A stretch of DNA of 64,000 nucleotides, taken from Patescibacteria group bacterium. Its GTDB lineage: Bacteria; Patescibacteriota; WWE3; UBA101185; UBA10185. Shown piece after piece: positions 36,076-47,944 of this stretch. The notes below the pieces were generated by a model, which saw only the letters and a program-made list of their open reading frames with translations, was not told where the DNA came from and searched no databases. The position numbers were made by a program, and so were the translations under genes. The stretch spans positions 387,669 through 451,668 of the forward strand of contig JAHJEV010000003.1 of NCBI GenBank assembly GCA_018825365.1, written 5' to 3'. Positions within the stretch are counted from its first letter, which is position 1, and each line of letters begins with the position of its first letter.

Positions 36076-38466
36076 TTATCTTAAATCCAAGTCTCCGCTT
36101 TTTCGCAGTGGGTTCGTTTGTGGTGTGTTTGGTTTTTGAGTTGTGTTGTTTTGAGGAATTGGTGGTTTAAGTTGAGTAGAAACCGGATTTGGCTTTTGCG
36201 GCTGGGTCCTTTGTTGATTTTGATTTGTTTTTTGTTGCGGTCTTTGTCTTCTCATCTCCTCAACAGAATCCAATATATCTCCGGCCGAAGGCATTTTGTT
36301 AATATAATCCTCATCGTCGTTATCTACCTTTTTAAGGTTTACCGTTTTGTTAACAACCATAGGTTTTTGTTCAACTTTAGGAGGAGGTGTCTGTTGAATT
36401 TGCGGTTTGGGTTGCGGAGTAGTTTGGACAACAGGCTTTACCTCCGGTTTTCCTTCTGGCCTAACCTCCGGTTTCACAACCGGAAGCGCTATTTCTTTTT
36501 TAGGCTCCTCAGGAAGCTTTGGTTTTACGATAAATTCTGGTTTCACCACACCACTTTTATCAAAAGTTGTATACGTATCCATACTTTCCGGAGCCTTGTA
36601 AGGCTTATACACGGGTCTTTGTGTACCTTGGTTTGGAAGCTTTGCTTGCTGAGTTTCTCTTTCTTTCCTAAGCCTTAAAATCTCCTCAGGATTTGTAGTA
36701 ATCAATTTATTTTCCGCATCAGAGGCCATAACTTTTATAGCTACGTGGTTTGCGCCCGCAAAAAATAGGCCTTCTCCAACTCCTGCCCCAAGAAGAAATC
36801 TTTTTTCTCCCTCTGATAAGTAAAAGGTCTCCACAACTTTATCTATTGCGGCAGGGTGCTGTTTTAAAAGCATTTGAATTGACGAGTTTGTAACAATAGC
36901 TTTCCCATATTCGGAAGTTAAGAAATCATCAACATCTTGAGAAATAGTTGTAAGACCTAAATAATATTTTCTAGCTCTTTTTGCTATTCCATAAATAAAC
37001 CTCGCGCTATCCGGGTTTTGCATCAGATACCAAGCCTCCTCGACAATAAGTATTCTTTTTCTTAAATCTCTTCGAATAGTTGTCCAAACAAAATCCAAAA
37101 TCATGTAAAAAGCAATTGGTCTTAAAGCTTCTTCAAGATTCTTGGTTGAGAAAACAGTCATTCTGCTGGTCAGATTAATATTTGATTGAGAATCAAATAT
37201 TCCGGTCATAGATCCTTTGATGAATCTTTCAAGCCTTTCGGCCATGCCTCTTGCTTCTGATTCCTCTGCCCCGAGAAGCACTTTATACAAATCTTCCATT
37301 ACCGGAGGCTCTTTCGTGGCCTGCGTTTCGGGATCAGCAGTAATTCCCTTTATTCTATAAGTTTCTATTAAAGCCCTATCCAACAAAGCCTCTTCTGTGG
37401 CGTTTAGACCCCCAAGCATTAATTTCAAAAGAGTAATAAGCGAAATAAGTTTTTGCCCAAGCTCGTTTTCTCCTTCAACCGCAATGCCTGATAAATCAAA
37501 TGGGTTTATTTTATTTTTTGAGTTAGCAGAAAAATCAATATAATTCCCCCCGACCACAGAACACAATTCTCGATACTCCTCCTCTGGATCGATAATCAGT
37601 ATCTCTGCTCCGAAAATTAGCATTCTGAGTGCTTCCAACTTTACGTAGTAAGATTTTCCTGCACCGGATTTCGCGAAAACAACTTCATTTGCATTCTCAA
37701 GGGAGAACCTGTCAAAAATAACCAAAGACCCATTGTGTCTGTTGATTCCATACATTACCCCCTCCTCCATTGTTAGATCCGAAGATGTAAATGGAAAGGT
37801 AGTCGCTAAGCTCGTCGTGTCCATGTTTCTCGTGATGAGAAGCTTATCGCAACCAGTTGGGACGGAGGACTGAAAGGCATCTTCCATTTGTAAGGAAGCC
37901 GTCTTTGAAATAAGCAGGAGCGAGGCCAGTGTTGATTCTAATTTGGCGGAAATATTGTCTAATTCCTCAAGGGAAGCGGCGGGAATTGTTATATAAAAGG
38001 AAAACTGGAAATATTTTTCTACTCCCTTTACCAACTGTTCCTGCAAGGCATTTGCGTCCTCAAGAGCGGCCTGAACGACGGGGTCTGTAATCTTTCCCTT
38101 CTCCTGATTGGACATCGTCGTCGCCTCAAGCTCCGTTATCTTTCTTCTTAAATCATCAAGTATAACTTTTGATTTGACCGGGTAATAAAACATGGACATC
38201 AAAAGTGTATGTTCAAAATTAATTATTGGCGAAAGCCAATTGGCTCCAACAAATCTCGGATACCCTGAAACGAACATGGTTCTGTAATACATGTTTCCAA
38301 TTTTTAAGTTGTTGAAGTCAACTTCAATAGCAGAAGGTGCAATAATATCTCTAACATTTAACATTCCCTCAGCGAGAATCTGAGGAGGAGTCTTCTCCCC
38401 GGGAACTTCTTTTTGATTCGAAGCGCTGGATTTTTTATTAAATATCGTAAAAATATTAAATGCCAT
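36076..38466 (-). CDS. VirB4-like ATPase with Pro/Gln-rich C-terminal tail
   Basis: AKSGAGKS, IDPEEEY, INPFD, VEEAW, RARKY...ISQ. Confidence 0.88.
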   Translation of the reverse strand: MAFNIFTIFNKKSSASNQKEVPGEKTPPQILAEGMLNVRDIIAPSAIEVDFNNLKIGNMYYRTMFVSGYPRFVGANWLSPIINFEHTLLMSMFYYPVKSKVILDDLRRKITELEATTMSNQEKGKITDPVVQAALEDANALQEQLVKGVEKYFQFSFYITIPAASLEELDNISAKLESTLASLLLISKTASLQMEDAFQSSVPTGCDKLLITRNMDTTSLATTFPFTSSDLTMEEGVMYGINRHNGSLVIFDRFSLENANEVVFAKSGAGKSYYVKLEALRMLIFGAEILIIDPEEEYRELCSVVGGNYIDFSANSKNKINPFDLSGIAVEGENELGQKLISLITLLKLMLGGLNATEEALLDRALIETYRIKGITADPETQATKEPPVMEDLYKVLLGAEESEARGMAERLERFIKGSMTGIFDSQSNINLTSRMTVFSTKNLEEALRPIAFYMILDFVWTTIRRDLRKRILIVEEAWYLMQNPDSARFIYGIAKRARKYYLGLTTISQDVDDFLTSEYGKAIVTNSSIQMLLKQHPAAIDKVVETFYLSEGEKRFLLGAGVGEGLFFAGANHVAIKVMASDAENKLITTNPEEILRLRKERETQQAKLPNQGTQRPVYKPYKAPESMDTYTTFDKSGVVKPEFIVKPKLPEEPKKEIALPVVKPEVRPEGKPEVKPVVQTTPQPKPQIQQTPPPKVEQKPMVVNKTVNLKKVDNDDEDYINKMPSAGDILDSVEEMRRQRPQQKTNQNQQRTQPQKPNPVSTQLKPPIPQNNTTQKPNTPQTNPLRKSGDLDLR

Positions 38467-38475
38467 GTTTTAGTC

Positions 38476-39177
38476 TCACTCCTCAATAATCGCTGGATTA
38501 ACAATCGCAGTTTTATAATCGTCTATATTTGTACGAATTCTCTGCCCATGAACAGTGCTTGGATTGTAGATATCGAAATAAAGTTCGACCAACTCTTGAG
38601 TAGTCAGTTGCTTAGTTTTTATACCAATTCTATTGAATTCCTTTATTATGTGATCAACCTTCGGTCCTATTTCTATCTTTCCAGATTGCAGGGCTTTTTC
38701 GACATCGACATTTATTCTCTTGTTGTGGGATCCGGTTAATCTCATCACCCAATCAAAAGCTTTTGATCCTTCCTGACCAACTATCGGTGAGCCTGAGGGA
38801 ACAACAACGTAAAACTTTTTATCCAAAACTTCATTAACTTTTATTACTTCCTGAACGAATTTTCTATATGCCTCAGCTTGGTGTTTAAGTAAAGGATCCG
38901 TAAGTTTGCTTTCAACCTTCCTAACTTTGTCAACATATTTTGAAATATCAAGTTTTCTTGACCTAATTACGATCTGAATAGGAAAAGTTATCGAATTTAG
39001 AAGCATGGAAAATGCCGCTATTATGGCATCTTGCTCAATCTCAGATAAAAGATCAAAATTTACTGCCGTAGTTTGAACAACAGAGCATATAATTCCGTTT
39101 TTGAGAATTACGTAATTATCTTTAATATCTTGAATGTCTAAATGATCCTGAGTTGTAAATTTATTCTGGGCGGGCAT
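38476..39177 (-). CDS. Conserved hypothetical protein of the VirB4/PrgI cluster
   Basis: TQDHLDI.DI..., NFDLLSE.EQDAII..F..LLNS; located between prgI-like and virB4-like genes. Confidence 0.7.
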   Translation of the reverse strand: MPAQNKFTTQDHLDIQDIKDNYVILKNGIICSVVQTTAVNFDLLSEIEQDAIIAAFSMLLNSITFPIQIVIRSRKLDISKYVDKVRKVESKLTDPLLKHQAEAYRKFVQEVIKVNEVLDKKFYVVVPSGSPIVGQEGSKAFDWVMRLTGSHNKRINVDVEKALQSGKIEIGPKVDHIIKEFNRIGIKTKQLTTQELVELYFDIYNPSTVHGQRIRTNIDDYKTAIVNPAIIEE

Positions 39178-39179
39178 TG

Positions 39180-40787
39180 TTATCTACCAATCATTTCTAA
39201 AGGAGGCAATACTTCTCCTTTAACTTCTACAGGAATTATATCAAACGTTAGGTTTGTTTTATTGGACGGACTTATCTCAACTGTGTAAGTTCCATTTGTA
39301 AGGGGGGTTGAGATGACGAATTGCCCCATCGTATTAGTTTTTAGGGCTCTTACTGCCTCTCCCCTTTTGTTTTTTACTATGATTAGAAAATCACTTAGAA
39401 ACTTATCTTTAGAATCCTTGACAATACCACTTACAACATTAGGGACTTTCGTTAAAGGTTGAACATAACTATACTGAGAAACACCCCCCGATGTAGTGGT
39501 TTTTTGTTCTTCTAATTTCTGTCTAAGTTCCTCAACCTGTTTTCTTAACTCCGTGTAGCTTGAGGCCAACTTTTCTTTCTGAACTCCCAATCGTTTTAAA
39601 AGCTGTTCTTGGTTTGAAGTTTCCAAAGACATAGATTTTCCTCTTTGTATTTGAAGCGTAAGCCTCTCAATTTCTTTGGCCAGATCTTCATTTTGAGTCC
39701 TTAACTTACTAACAGTTTCCTCTGCAACTTCCCCAACCTGCTGCTCGTTATCAACCTTAATTTCAGTTGGTGAACTAGCACTAAACGAACGGGCAACTTT
39801 ACTTTTAGCAACCACCAAACCCTCTTCTTGCTTAATTTTGTCTAAGAGTTCCTTCAGTTTCTCAGCCTTCACCTTCACATCTTCCTCATCTTGTAAGTCC
39901 TGGGACGTACTCAAAACTCTTTCGCCTCTAATTGGAAGTATCAATTCCCCTTGGGACGGGGTAAGGTTTGTAAATTTTCTACCAGAGTGCATATCCGGAG
40001 TCATGGGCTCGTAAGTGTAAAGACCGCGCTGTGGTGTAAATCTTTCCGGAAGAATAAATGTATCTTTTTGTACCGCGGGCGTAATCTCAGTAACTTCTTT
40101 TACTCCTGCTTTTTCTTGCTTTAGAGGCTCTTCCTTCCCCTCGACAACCACACCTACATTCTTTACCTCTTTTGGTTTTTCTTGTATTAACGGGGTTACG
40201 GAGGATTCGGGCAGAGTTTCTACCACAATAGTAGAAGGCTCCTCTACCAACACCCCAACCTGCGAGCTCCTGGAAGCTGTGGGGGCACTTGGGTAGGCTA
40301 GCCTTACTTTCATTAAATACTCTCTTTCGGGAATATCAAGAGGATCCTCTTTTTCTTGTTCGTCTTGAATTTTCAGATACTCTTCAAGTTTTCTTCTGCT
40401 TGAGGTAGGTGCCAATGTGATCATTTCTTGTCTTACCACGGCAAGACTGTCGTAAATGAATGCCGTGGGGAGCTGGGGTTTTTTCATCCAAATTCTTTGG
40501 GTGGGGTGGTTTACCGCCCTAACAAAGTTTACTATCCACTCATCAAGTCCCCTCTCCTCAATAGGTACAAACGCCAAACCCAAAGCCAAAAGTGCAAGGA
40601 AAACAACAAACGGCCACTTAAAAATCCCTATTACTACAACACTAGCAAGATACGCAGCCAATCCAAAGGTAAAAAGATAAGCGAATTGCCGCATTGTTAG
40701 ATCGCCAATTAGCTTAAATTGAACATCCATTACATTTTGCGGTACTGGGTGTTGTTTATTTGACTGAGGCATATCGGGCATGGGCAT
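39180..40787 (-). CDS. PrgI-family membrane protein with coiled coil and C-terminal beta-sandwich domain
   Basis: HPVPQNV...FKLIGDLTMRQF, two TMs, R.LDEW. Confidence 0.78.
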   Translation of the reverse strand: MPMPDMPQSNKQHPVPQNVMDVQFKLIGDLTMRQFAYLFTFGLAAYLASVVVIGIFKWPFVVFLALLALGLAFVPIEERGLDEWIVNFVRAVNHPTQRIWMKKPQLPTAFIYDSLAVVRQEMITLAPTSSRRKLEEYLKIQDEQEKEDPLDIPEREYLMKVRLAYPSAPTASRSSQVGVLVEEPSTIVVETLPESSVTPLIQEKPKEVKNVGVVVEGKEEPLKQEKAGVKEVTEITPAVQKDTFILPERFTPQRGLYTYEPMTPDMHSGRKFTNLTPSQGELILPIRGERVLSTSQDLQDEEDVKVKAEKLKELLDKIKQEEGLVVAKSKVARSFSASSPTEIKVDNEQQVGEVAEETVSKLRTQNEDLAKEIERLTLQIQRGKSMSLETSNQEQLLKRLGVQKEKLASSYTELRKQVEELRQKLEEQKTTTSGGVSQYSYVQPLTKVPNVVSGIVKDSKDKFLSDFLIIVKNKRGEAVRALKTNTMGQFVISTPLTNGTYTVEISPSNKTNLTFDIIPVEVKGEVLPPLEMIGR

Positions 40788-40843
40788 ATTAACTTAGATT
40801 ATATGGCCCAGTGGGTAATTCGGCAAGATAAGGTGAATTCAGA

Positions 40844-43800
40844 CTACCTCAAAAGAACAAGGAAACTCAAATCCTTCTGGAAAATCCCCCTGCTTTCCAA
40901 CAGCTTACCACTTTCGCTTAAGGAACTGCTTTTTGCCTCCACAATGGTACCAAAGGGTGGGCTAAAGGAAAAAACATAAGCGTCAGATCCGGTTCCTGCC
41001 TGTTTTTGCCATACGAGACTATATTGATTCTGATCCTTAGTAATTGAAAGGTTTACCGGAAGATCGTAACTTAAAATAAGCCTAACACTCTCCCCGGGAT
41101 TTATCTTGAAACTCGTCTCAAAGGAGTTATAAGCTCCCTCCTTAGAAACTGTAATCCCCTTAAAAATATCGCTTTCTACACCACCGTTATAAGAAATCTT
41201 TGCTCCCGTAAGTTTAGAGCCGTTTTGGGTTATTGCCCTGACATAATCTGTGTAGGGGCCCCCCGGCCAAGCGTTATCATCGGCAGTGTGTTTATAATCA
41301 AGGTATAAATTAGCTCTAAGCAACCCGTCCCTGGTCAACGCACTTACTTCATAAGTCATTTTGTTCTCAACATAATAATTTGCTTTCGTACCGCCAAGAT
41401 TGGCATTTACTATAAAAAGATAATCTCCGGGTGTATCTACCAAGCTTCCATCCCAGCGTTTTTCCTTCAAAAGTTTGTCCACAACGTTATTAGTGAAATA
41501 AATCATTAAGTGTCTTTCATCAAGGGACTTTCCTATCTGAGAAAGGAGTGGGGAGTAACTCTCACTTTTCAAAGCAAACAATCTCTCCATAAGTTTGCTT
41601 CCAAGTATAGTAAGGAATGATTTTTTGTCAGAAGACCCTTCTTTGTAGTCAAACCCGCTGTAGTACTGAGCTCTCTCATAAAAATTTTCTGCGCTAATGT
41701 CTTCGTTGTAAGATGCAAGATACAAAGGTCCTGTGACTTTTAAGAGACTTTTTACAAAATCCAAATCAACGGCAAGATAACCATTTATTGTTTCTCCGGT
41801 GATTTTGAAGTAGAGATCGTCAAAAGCTTTGGTAGATTTTGGAAAATCTGGATCCCAATTTGAATTCCTTAAATAAAGCACGTTCTCTTTTAGGAAGTTC
41901 TTAATCTGCTCTGGGGGCGTAACAGCTATTTTTCTCAAATCTATCTGTCCGTCGGGGTTGTAAATATCATCAATAACGAAATTTTTTATTTTTCCCTTAT
42001 CCAATGTTAAAACACCATACGAACCTATAAAGCCACCCGTCGGTCTCATTTCACTTGAGTTTTGAAACCAAAAAACATATTTTTTCTCGCTGTCTATTCC
42101 CAATATCTGGGGTAATTCGGAAATTAGTGTATAGCCAGAGTCAAACAACTCTCTTGCAAGAGCGGTGGCTTTTTCGTATTCAGATAGCTTTGTTATTATT
42201 TTTTCCGGGAATAAGCTTTTGTCAACCCCTGAAAAATCCGCCTCGGCTAAACTCAGGTGATTTTTTGCTTCGGAAATCCCAAATTTTGCCTCAATAAAAG
42301 AATCAGCATTTAAAACCTCCTGGGTATCCGGCCTTAAAACGCCAAGCGTGTTTTCTAAAGGTTTAATTGCAACAGAGGCAGAATACAAAGATCGGGAAAA
42401 AGATTCCGTAGAGCCTAAAAGTTTATCGTAAGAAGAAAGATAGTTGGTTTTCTTCGTTATTGAAAACACCCACCCAACTCTTCTAAGTGATTTTCTAGCA
42501 CTATTAAAACCGTCCGCTGCCAAAAGCGCCTCTTTTTTTAATGACAGCGAGTCCATTTTGGATACCGCAACTTTAGCTTTTTCAAGCGACAACACAGCCC
42601 TCTGAGAACTGAACAAAAAGCTTAGTACCGGAAAAGCTATAAACACAAGTGCCGCAGCAACAATAACGGCAAGTACACTGGGTACATATCCGAAATCTCC
42701 TTTTAATCTGTATTTAAAACTTCTTAACTTGTCTTCCAAACCACTGAAGATGTTTTTCTTGCCTATTTGGGTTACTTCATTTTTGACTTCCTTTCTCAAC
42801 ACCTTAATTGGCGACTCTTTGTACTTTCTAAAAAAATTCACAGGTTCTTTCAATTTCTTCTCTGATGCCTTCTCTTTTTCCCGAACTATTCCTTGAAGAG
42901 AAGTCACCTTTTCCTTGCTTTCTTTTGTACTTTCTTTGATTTTTTCCTCAACAAGTTTTATCGGTTTAAAAGCATGGGTATTTACTGAGTAACCAAAATC
43001 CTCAAGTGTTCTTATAACTCCCTCTTTTAGTCCAACTTTCGACTTCCAACCCAAATCTTTCAGGTTAAATGTATCCGGGGATTTCAACTGCTGTTTAAAA
43101 TCTGTAATTCCCGGTTTAAACTGAACAGAAAGCTTTGCGTCAGCTAAACTTTTAATCATGTAGGCGATCTCTAAAGCTGAGACCGGGTCTTTTGGTATAA
43201 GAGAGTAGATATTTCCTTTTGTTTTCGAATTAAATTGAGCTTTCACTAACCCGGAAACTACATCTGAAACGTAAAGATAGTACTCTTTCTCCGTTCCCTC
43301 CCCATATATCTCAATCGAAGATCCATCCAATACATTTTTTATAAATCCACCCAAAAATCCGCTAGATGATAGATCCATTCTTGGACCATAGACTTCCGGG
43401 ATTCTAACAATCCTCACATCAGCACCGTGAGTTTTAAAATATTCCCAAACAACCGCCTCTGCAAAACGTTTGGCTTCAATTAAACTAAATTTGTTTTCTT
43501 CGCTGGGTGTGATCCCAAAGTATTTATCAAGATAAAGTTGGGACATCCTTCCTTGATACACATCAATTGTTGAGACCAAAAGGAATTTTGCAGATGATCT
43601 TCTTGCCAAATCCAAAAGATTCTTGGTTCCCAAAGAGTTTGTAAAAAGAGATTCGAGATTTAAATAATCCTTGCTGTACAAATATTCCTCTACTCCGGCA
43701 AGGTGAAAAATATAATCCACACTTTCAATTTCTGGCGGGATTCCCTCATTAATATCTACATCGTACAAAGCAAATTTTTTATTGGATAAAAGATCCTTAA

Positions 43801-43960
43801 CGTGTATTTTTTTGCCGGTTTGGAAGTTATCCAAAACGATAACTCTGGCGTTGTTATCAAGCAAAGCCTCTGCCAAATGGGATCCTATAAATCCAGCTCC
43901 ACCAGAGATAAGTATGGTGGGAACCAGAGCAGATTTTGTTATTACTTGTTTTTTTGGCAT
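40844..43960 (-). CDS. SDR epimerase-like domain fused via a TM segment to a DUF4012-like domain
   Basis: GGAGFIGSH at the N-terminus; FQNSSEMRPTGGFIGSYG, RNSNWDPDFP and NANLGGTKAN at the C-terminus. Confidence 0.8.
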   Translation of the reverse strand: MPKKQVITKSALVPTILISGGAGFIGSHLAEALLDNNARVIVLDNFQTGKKIHVKDLLSNKKFALYDVDINEGIPPEIESVDYIFHLAGVEEYLYSKDYLNLESLFTNSLGTKNLLDLARRSSAKFLLVSTIDVYQGRMSQLYLDKYFGITPSEENKFSLIEAKRFAEAVVWEYFKTHGADVRIVRIPEVYGPRMDLSSSGFLGGFIKNVLDGSSIEIYGEGTEKEYYLYVSDVVSGLVKAQFNSKTKGNIYSLIPKDPVSALEIAYMIKSLADAKLSVQFKPGITDFKQQLKSPDTFNLKDLGWKSKVGLKEGVIRTLEDFGYSVNTHAFKPIKLVEEKIKESTKESKEKVTSLQGIVREKEKASEKKLKEPVNFFRKYKESPIKVLRKEVKNEVTQIGKKNIFSGLEDKLRSFKYRLKGDFGYVPSVLAVIVAAALVFIAFPVLSFLFSSQRAVLSLEKAKVAVSKMDSLSLKKEALLAADGFNSARKSLRRVGWVFSITKKTNYLSSYDKLLGSTESFSRSLYSASVAIKPLENTLGVLRPDTQEVLNADSFIEAKFGISEAKNHLSLAEADFSGVDKSLFPEKIITKLSEYEKATALARELFDSGYTLISELPQILGIDSEKKYVFWFQNSSEMRPTGGFIGSYGVLTLDKGKIKNFVIDDIYNPDGQIDLRKIAVTPPEQIKNFLKENVLYLRNSNWDPDFPKSTKAFDDLYFKITGETINGYLAVDLDFVKSLLKVTGPLYLASYNEDISAENFYERAQYYSGFDYKEGSSDKKSFLTILGSKLMERLFALKSESYSPLLSQIGKSLDERHLMIYFTNNVVDKLLKEKRWDGSLVDTPGDYLFIVNANLGGTKANYYVENKMTYEVSALTRDGLLRANLYLDYKHTADDNAWPGGPYTDYVRAITQNGSKLTGAKISYNGGVESDIFKGITVSKEGAYNSFETSFKINPGESVRLILSYDLPVNLSITKDQNQYSLVWQKQAGTGSDAYVFSFSPPFGTIVEAKSSSLSESGKLLESRGIFQKDLSFLVLLR

Positions 43961-44065
43961 TTTGGGCAGCTGAGATACAGCCTCTCAGATATGTTTTACT
44001 ACTTGATTATATTAGATTTTGTAACGCTTTAACACAATAATTTGCTGGTATAATTCATTTTAAAT

Positions 44066-44671
44066 ATGGAAATAAAAGATGTATACAAAAAATTAATTAG
44101 GCATAGGACAAATTTAATGCTTTCTCTACTTGCCGGAGCACTTTTAGGAATTATTTTCTACTTGCTACCTTCCAAATATGTTGCTTCCGGATCATTTTTT
44201 GTTAACAGAAAAACCAGTGCTGAGAACAGTTTCTTCACATATGAGGGGTATTACGGCCAGCAAACGGCTCTTTCTTACACAAACTCAATTCTTTCTTTGA
44301 TGGAAAGTGTTGATGTTAAAAAAATGGTTCTGGAATCAAACAAAATGCCGTTAAATAACAAAAATATAAACATGTTAAACAAAATTGTAAGCGTGAAAAA
44401 AACAGGACCTCAGATCATATACCTAACTGTTAAAGGCAAAACCTACGAAGAGGCAAAAAGGCTCTGGAACAGCGTCTCCAATGTGACGGTAGCTGCGGCA
44501 TACGAAATAAACAGAAATGGGGATAAAAACCTGTCGATTGCTCCGATATCACCACAACCCTTGGTTGGTCTACCTTATAAATCAATTTATTTATATGGAG
44601 TTGTTGGAATACTAATATCTTTTACGTTAGCTTCGTTTTTTATCTGCTTGAAAGAGTATTTTAAAAACTAG
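44066..44671 (+). CDS. Wzz/CapA-like chain-length-determinant membrane protein
   Basis: Two terminal TMs; PSKYVASGSF. Confidence 0.6.
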   Translation: MEIKDVYKKLIRHRTNLMLSLLAGALLGIIFYLLPSKYVASGSFFVNRKTSAENSFFTYEGYYGQQTALSYTNSILSLMESVDVKKMVLESNKMPLNNKNINMLNKIVSVKKTGPQIIYLTVKGKTYEEAKRLWNSVSNVTVAAAYEINRNGDKNLSIAPISPQPLVGLPYKSIYLYGVVGILISFTLASFFICLKEYFKN

Positions 44672-44676
44672 TTAAT

Positions 44677-45108
44677 ATGAAACTGATTCTTTACACAGAC
44701 GGCGGGGCCAGGGGAAACCCGGGACCCGGAGCAATAGGGGTAGTTATAAAAAACCTCAAGGGTGAGGTAGTAAAAGAAATTGGAAAAAATATTGGAAAAT
44801 CTACAAATAATGAAGCTGAGTACAAAGCGATAATAGCAGGACTTGAATCGTGTCTTGAAAAAGGTGCTTCGGAGTTGGAATGCTACCTGGACAGTCAGCT
44901 CGTCGTCAGTCAATTGAAAGGAGAATTTAAAGTCAAAAATACAAAATTAAAGAATCTATGGGCGCAGACAAAAAATATCGAGAAAAATTTTAAAGAAGTT
45001 TTATACATCCACATTCCAAGAGAGAAAAATCATCTTGCGGACAAAATTGTAAACGAAGTACTGGATTCAAATAACTATTATGACCTTTGTAAAACTAACC
45101 CCCTGTAG
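44677..45108 (+). CDS. rnhA: Ribonuclease HI (archaeal/actinobacterial type)
   Basis: TDGGARGNPGP, TNNEAEY, DSQLVV, HIPREKN..AD. Confidence 0.92.
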   Translation: MKLILYTDGGARGNPGPGAIGVVIKNLKGEVVKEIGKNIGKSTNNEAEYKAIIAGLESCLEKGASELECYLDSQLVVSQLKGEFKVKNTKLKNLWAQTKNIEKNFKEVLYIHIPREKNHLADKIVNEVLDSNNYYDLCKTNPL

Positions 45109-45948
45109 AAACGCTGTACTAAAAACCCTTTCCTACAGCGGAGTTTTCAAGTACCCACTTAGTTACTATCAACTATGCAACTATCTCATTTCACCAAACT
45201 GGTTCAGCGGAAAACAGATAAGAAAAGAGGTGAGAGATTTAATAAGTGAAAAGGTTATTGGCGAGAAGAATGGTAGGTATTTTTTATCATCGATAGAAAC
45301 AGTAGATGTCGAGAAAAGAATTAGGGAAACCGAACTTTCCTTAAAGAGAAACGGAAAAGTATTTGGAACGTTACAGAAGATACCGTGGATAAAAATGGTT
45401 TCTATTACCGGATCCGCGGCAAATTATAATAACGAAAGAAATTCTGATTTGGACCTTCTTTTCGTAACGGCAAAGAATAGAGTTTGGCTTACAAGGGGTT
45501 TTGTATTTTTAGTTTTAAAATTAATGAAAAAGCTTCCACAAAATCCCGCGACAAGAGAGATATGTCCAAATATTTTTATGGACGAAAGTAGTATGTCTTG
45601 GACGAAGAAAAAAAGAAATTTGTATGTGGCTCAAAATATAGTCTCGATGCAGCCATTAATAAATAAGGAGGGGATGTATTTTAGATTCGTAGACTCAAAT
45701 AGATGGATAAAGGGCTATTACAACAACTTTAAAATTATCCCTACAAATAAATTAAACGCTTCCCCGCTCTCGGGAAGTCCGTTAGTAAATATAGTCGAAG
45801 AAATCGCTATGAAAATGCAGATATTTTATATGAAAAATAAAATGACAAATGAAGTGGCAAATAGAAATCTAATTCACTTCAAGAAAAACGACAACAGCAG
45901 TTGGATACTAGCAAAATACAAAAGTATATTTAGAAAATACAGATCAGC

Positions 45949-45955
<7 letters not shown>
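45080..45955 (+). CDS. Nucleotidyltransferase-fold hypothetical protein
   Basis: ITGS.A......SDLDL. Confidence 0.65.
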
Positions 45956-47577
<1,622 letters not shown>

Positions 47578-47592
47578 ATTTATTCCTCCAAT

Positions 47593-47898
47593 TTAACTTT
47601 CAATTATTGCCAAAATATCTTCTTCCTTAACGAGAAGCAGTTCTTTTCCTTCAATTTTTATCTCTATCCCTCCCCATTTTTTAAACATAACTATATCTCC
47701 CGCCTTAACATTCATGGGCACAATATTCCCACCGTCATCCCTTTTTCCAGAACCTGTTGCCAAAACTTTTCCTTCCTGTGGTTTTTCTTTTGCAGTGTCG
47801 GGAATAACAATTCCTGACGGAAGTTTAGTCTCACCTTGCAAAGGTTCAACTAATAAATAATCGGCCAGTGGTTTTATTTTATTTATAGATGCAGTCAT
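47593..47898 (-). CDS. groS: Co-chaperonin GroES
   Basis: KPLAD, SGIVIPDTAKEKPQEG. Confidence 0.97.
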   Translation of the reverse strand: MTASINKIKPLADYLLVEPLQGETKLPSGIVIPDTAKEKPQEGKVLATGSGKRDDGGNIVPMNVKAGDIVMFKKWGGIEIKIEGKELLLVKEEDILAIIES

Positions 47899-47944
47899 AA
47901 AAGCTCCTTTAAAATAGATAATTTAATATAAATTTCTTGATATA

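Noticed and set aside
36118-36678. 186-aa plus-strand ORF and apparent repeats
   Set aside because: Shadow of the low-complexity Pro/Gln tail of the VirB4-like gene.
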